28,240 bases of DNA from Candidatus Zixiibacteriota bacterium. GTDB lineage: Bacteria > Zixibacteria > MSB-5A5 > GN15 > FEB-12. The stretch's first letter is position 1. Each line of letters opens with the position of its first letter. The position numbers were made by a program, and so were the translations under genes. The stretch covers positions 1 through 28,240 of the forward strand of contig JACRAV010000403.1 of NCBI GenBank assembly GCA_016213305.1, in the 5' to 3' direction. Under the pieces are notes generated by a model. The model saw only the letters and a list, made by a program, of their open reading frames with translations, ran no database searches and was not told the DNA's origin. Shown one piece after another: positions 26,462-28,240 of the stretch.

Positions 26462-26552
26462 CTCTAAACCTCCTCAAGGGTTAGTCCCGGCCAAAACGAC
26501 ACCGGGGACGCTTCGGTCACCTAAACAACAGCAGGCGGCCAAAAGCTCCCCT

Positions 26553-26580
26553 AAAAATAGGACTTTTGATACAAAAGGCA
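26553..26580 (-). promoter_or_regulatory. Putative E1 promoter with palindromic operator in its spacer
   Basis: TTGCCT-N16-TATTTT, with CTTTTG-ATA-CAAAAG at 26562-26576. Confidence 0.45.
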
Positions 26581-26651
26581 AAAAGAATCTGGGCCGGCGG
26601 GCCGGAAATATCGGCATTATGGACCGACCTGATCCGAAAAGCTTTTTCCGC

Positions 26652-26680
26652 TTGTGGCGGCTCGGTTTTGGGGGTATGTT
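26652..26680 (+). promoter_or_regulatory. Putative promoter for the S9 peptidase
   Basis: TTGTGG-N17-TATGTT, 40 nt before the ATG. Confidence 0.4.
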
Positions 26681-26719
26681 CCTTGCAACGCATACAGTTA
26701 GCCAGGAGGTCACAAACCC

Positions 26720-28240
26720 ATGCCCGCCGCCAAATCAAAGATATCCCGCCGCCCGATCAAAGATACCGACCTGCTTCGACTGAACATCCCCACCTCCGTT
26801 TCGATCTCGCCGGACGAAACCAAAGTGGCCTGGACAGCGGAGCGAATCGACGAAAAGGAAAACAAATACTACACCAACATCTGGATTCGCGACCTTCGCT
26901 CCGGCCAGACCCGCCGTTTCACGCATGGAAACTGGACCGACGGCAAAGTGTCGTGGTCGCCGGATAGTTCTCAGTTCGCGTTCGTCTCCAGCCGCGAAAA
27001 GAAAACCGGTATCTGGCTGATGCCGGTCGAAGGCGGCGCCGAGCGAAAGATCATCGAACTTGAAGCCGATCTGGGCGATCTGCACTGGACACCCGACGGA
27101 AAGCATCTGGTGTTCGCTCTGCGATACAAGGACTCGCATTTCATTTCGGACGAAAAGAAGAAGACGGAAGCGCCGGTCTATCGCCATATCACCCGGCTGT
27201 TCTATCGCCTCGACGGGTACGGTTTCAACCCGAAAGACCCGTTCCAGATTTACACGATCGAAATCGAGACTGCCACACTTCGTAAGATTACATCGGGGAA
27301 GCGGGACAACCACACGCCGGCAGTGTCGCCCGACGGCCGCATGATCGTGTACATCTCGAACCGCACCAAAGATCCGGATATCGAGGCCCTGCGCGACGAC
27401 CTCTTCCTCATTCCGTTCAAGGGTGGCAAGGAACGGCGCATCCCTACTCCTGCGGGACCAAAGGAACTTCCGAAGTTCTCCCCCGATGGGAAATTGATTG
27501 TCTATGCTGGTCACGACAACCCGAACGACGCCTGGGGGGTGACCAATCGGCATCTGTGGACAGTCGGAGTCAATGGCACGCCGAAGGCGAAAGACCTTCT
27601 GCCCAGGTTCGACCGGTTCGTGATGGATCAGACGATTGCCGATCTATCCGATGTCCACGACACCGCCTACCATGCCTGGTCGGGTGACAGCAAACGGATA
27701 TATTTTCTGTCGTCCGATGACGGGATCACCAATGTGTATTATGTCCCGCGTTCGGGCGGCAAACCGACCCGTATTTTCAAGGGGGAGTGTCATATTAAGT
27801 CGCTCTCGATCAACGGGCGGGGACGCACGGCGGCCATGATCTGGGCCGACCTGAACAATCCGGGCGAAATCGCAACCTGTCCCGCTGAGTATGGCGGCGA
27901 GAAGAAAGTGACCCGACTGACCGATCTCAATCCAATCTTGAGGAGCGAGATTCAACTTTGCAGGACGCGCAAACTCAAGTTTCGATCATTCGACGGCACC
28001 GAGGTCACCGGCTGGCTGGTGACGCCGCCGAAGTTCAATCCGAATCGGAAATATCCGTCGATTCTGGAAATTCACGGCGGGCCGCGCGTTCAGTATGGCA
28101 GTACCTTCTTCCACGAGATGCAGTTTCTGGCGGCGAGCGGATTTGTCGTGCTTTACACCAACCCGCGCGGCGGGTCGGGTCGCGGCGAAACCTGGGCCGA
28201 CGCCATCGCCGGCGGCTGGGGTGATCTGGATTACAAAGAC
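26720..28240 (+). CDS. S9-family (acylaminoacyl/prolyl oligo-) peptidase, 3' partial
   Basis: Not in the ORF track. My translation: MPAAKSKISRRPIKDTDLL…SISPDETKVAW, repeated WSPDS/WTPDG/SPDG propeller blades, KYPSILEIHGGP, YTNPRGGSGRG, WGDLDYKD. GGAGG SD; no signal peptide. The catalytic triad lies outside the window. Confidence 0.9.
   Translation, partial: MPAAKSKISRRPIKDTDLLRLNIPTSVSISPDETKVAWTAERIDEKENKYYTNIWIRDLRSGQTRRFTHGNWTDGKVSWSPDSSQFAFVSSREKKTGIWLMPVEGGAERKIIELEADLGDLHWTPDGKHLVFALRYKDSHFISDEKKKTEAPVYRHITRLFYRLDGYGFNPKDPFQIYTIEIETATLRKITSGKRDNHTPAVSPDGRMIVYISNRTKDPDIEALRDDLFLIPFKGGKERRIPTPAGPKELPKFSPDGKLIVYAGHDNPNDAWGVTNRHLWTVGVNGTPKAKDLLPRFDRFVMDQTIADLSDVHDTAYHAWSGDSKRIYFLSSDDGITNVYYVPRSGGKPTRIFKGECHIKSLSINGRGRTAAMIWADLNNPGEIATCPAEYGGEKKVTRLTDLNPILRSEIQLCRTRKLKFRSFDGTEVTGWLVTPPKFNPNRKYPSILEIHGGPRVQYGSTFFHEMQFLAASGFVVLYTNPRGGSGRGETWADAIAGGWGDLDYKD

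Noticed and set aside
26720-26782. Possible frameshift at the S9 start, suggested by the near-repeat CCCGCCGCC
   Set aside because: Careful reading gives an uninterrupted frame, MPAAKSKISRRPIKDTD.
26735-27553. Minus-strand 272-aa ORF
   Set aside because: Antisense to the S9 peptidase, which is continuous from 26720 to the window end.

Overview
A 28.2 kb GC-rich bacterial chromosomal window, almost all on the minus strand, with no rRNA, tRNA, CRISPR array or transposase that I can support. In order: a partial membrane GAF sensor coupled to miaB; a secreted M1 aminopeptidase and a non-catalytic multi-Ig protein, both ending in dockerin-like domains; a LonA protease with degenerate ATPase motifs; a two-gene operon (stand-alone Zn-ribbon plus Hel308/Ski2-like helicase fused to a winged helix) behind a palindrome matching the Fibrobacter-type LexA box; an expanded Ton locus (TPR, unknown membrane protein, exbB, two exbD, two tonB) with an upstream protein made of three TonB-C-like repeats; an orphan Wzx-like flippase; a lipoprotein; a fused alpha/beta 2-oxoacid dehydrogenase E1; and a partial S9 peptidase. 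The dockerin style, TonB N-terminal motif and operator suggest an FCB-related lineage such as Zixibacteria (inference). The strongest leads are the putative SOS helicase operon, the probably ATPase-impaired Lon, the triple TonB-C protein and the dockerin-tagged peptidase/scaffold pair. All family calls come from motif recognition by eye, not database searches.
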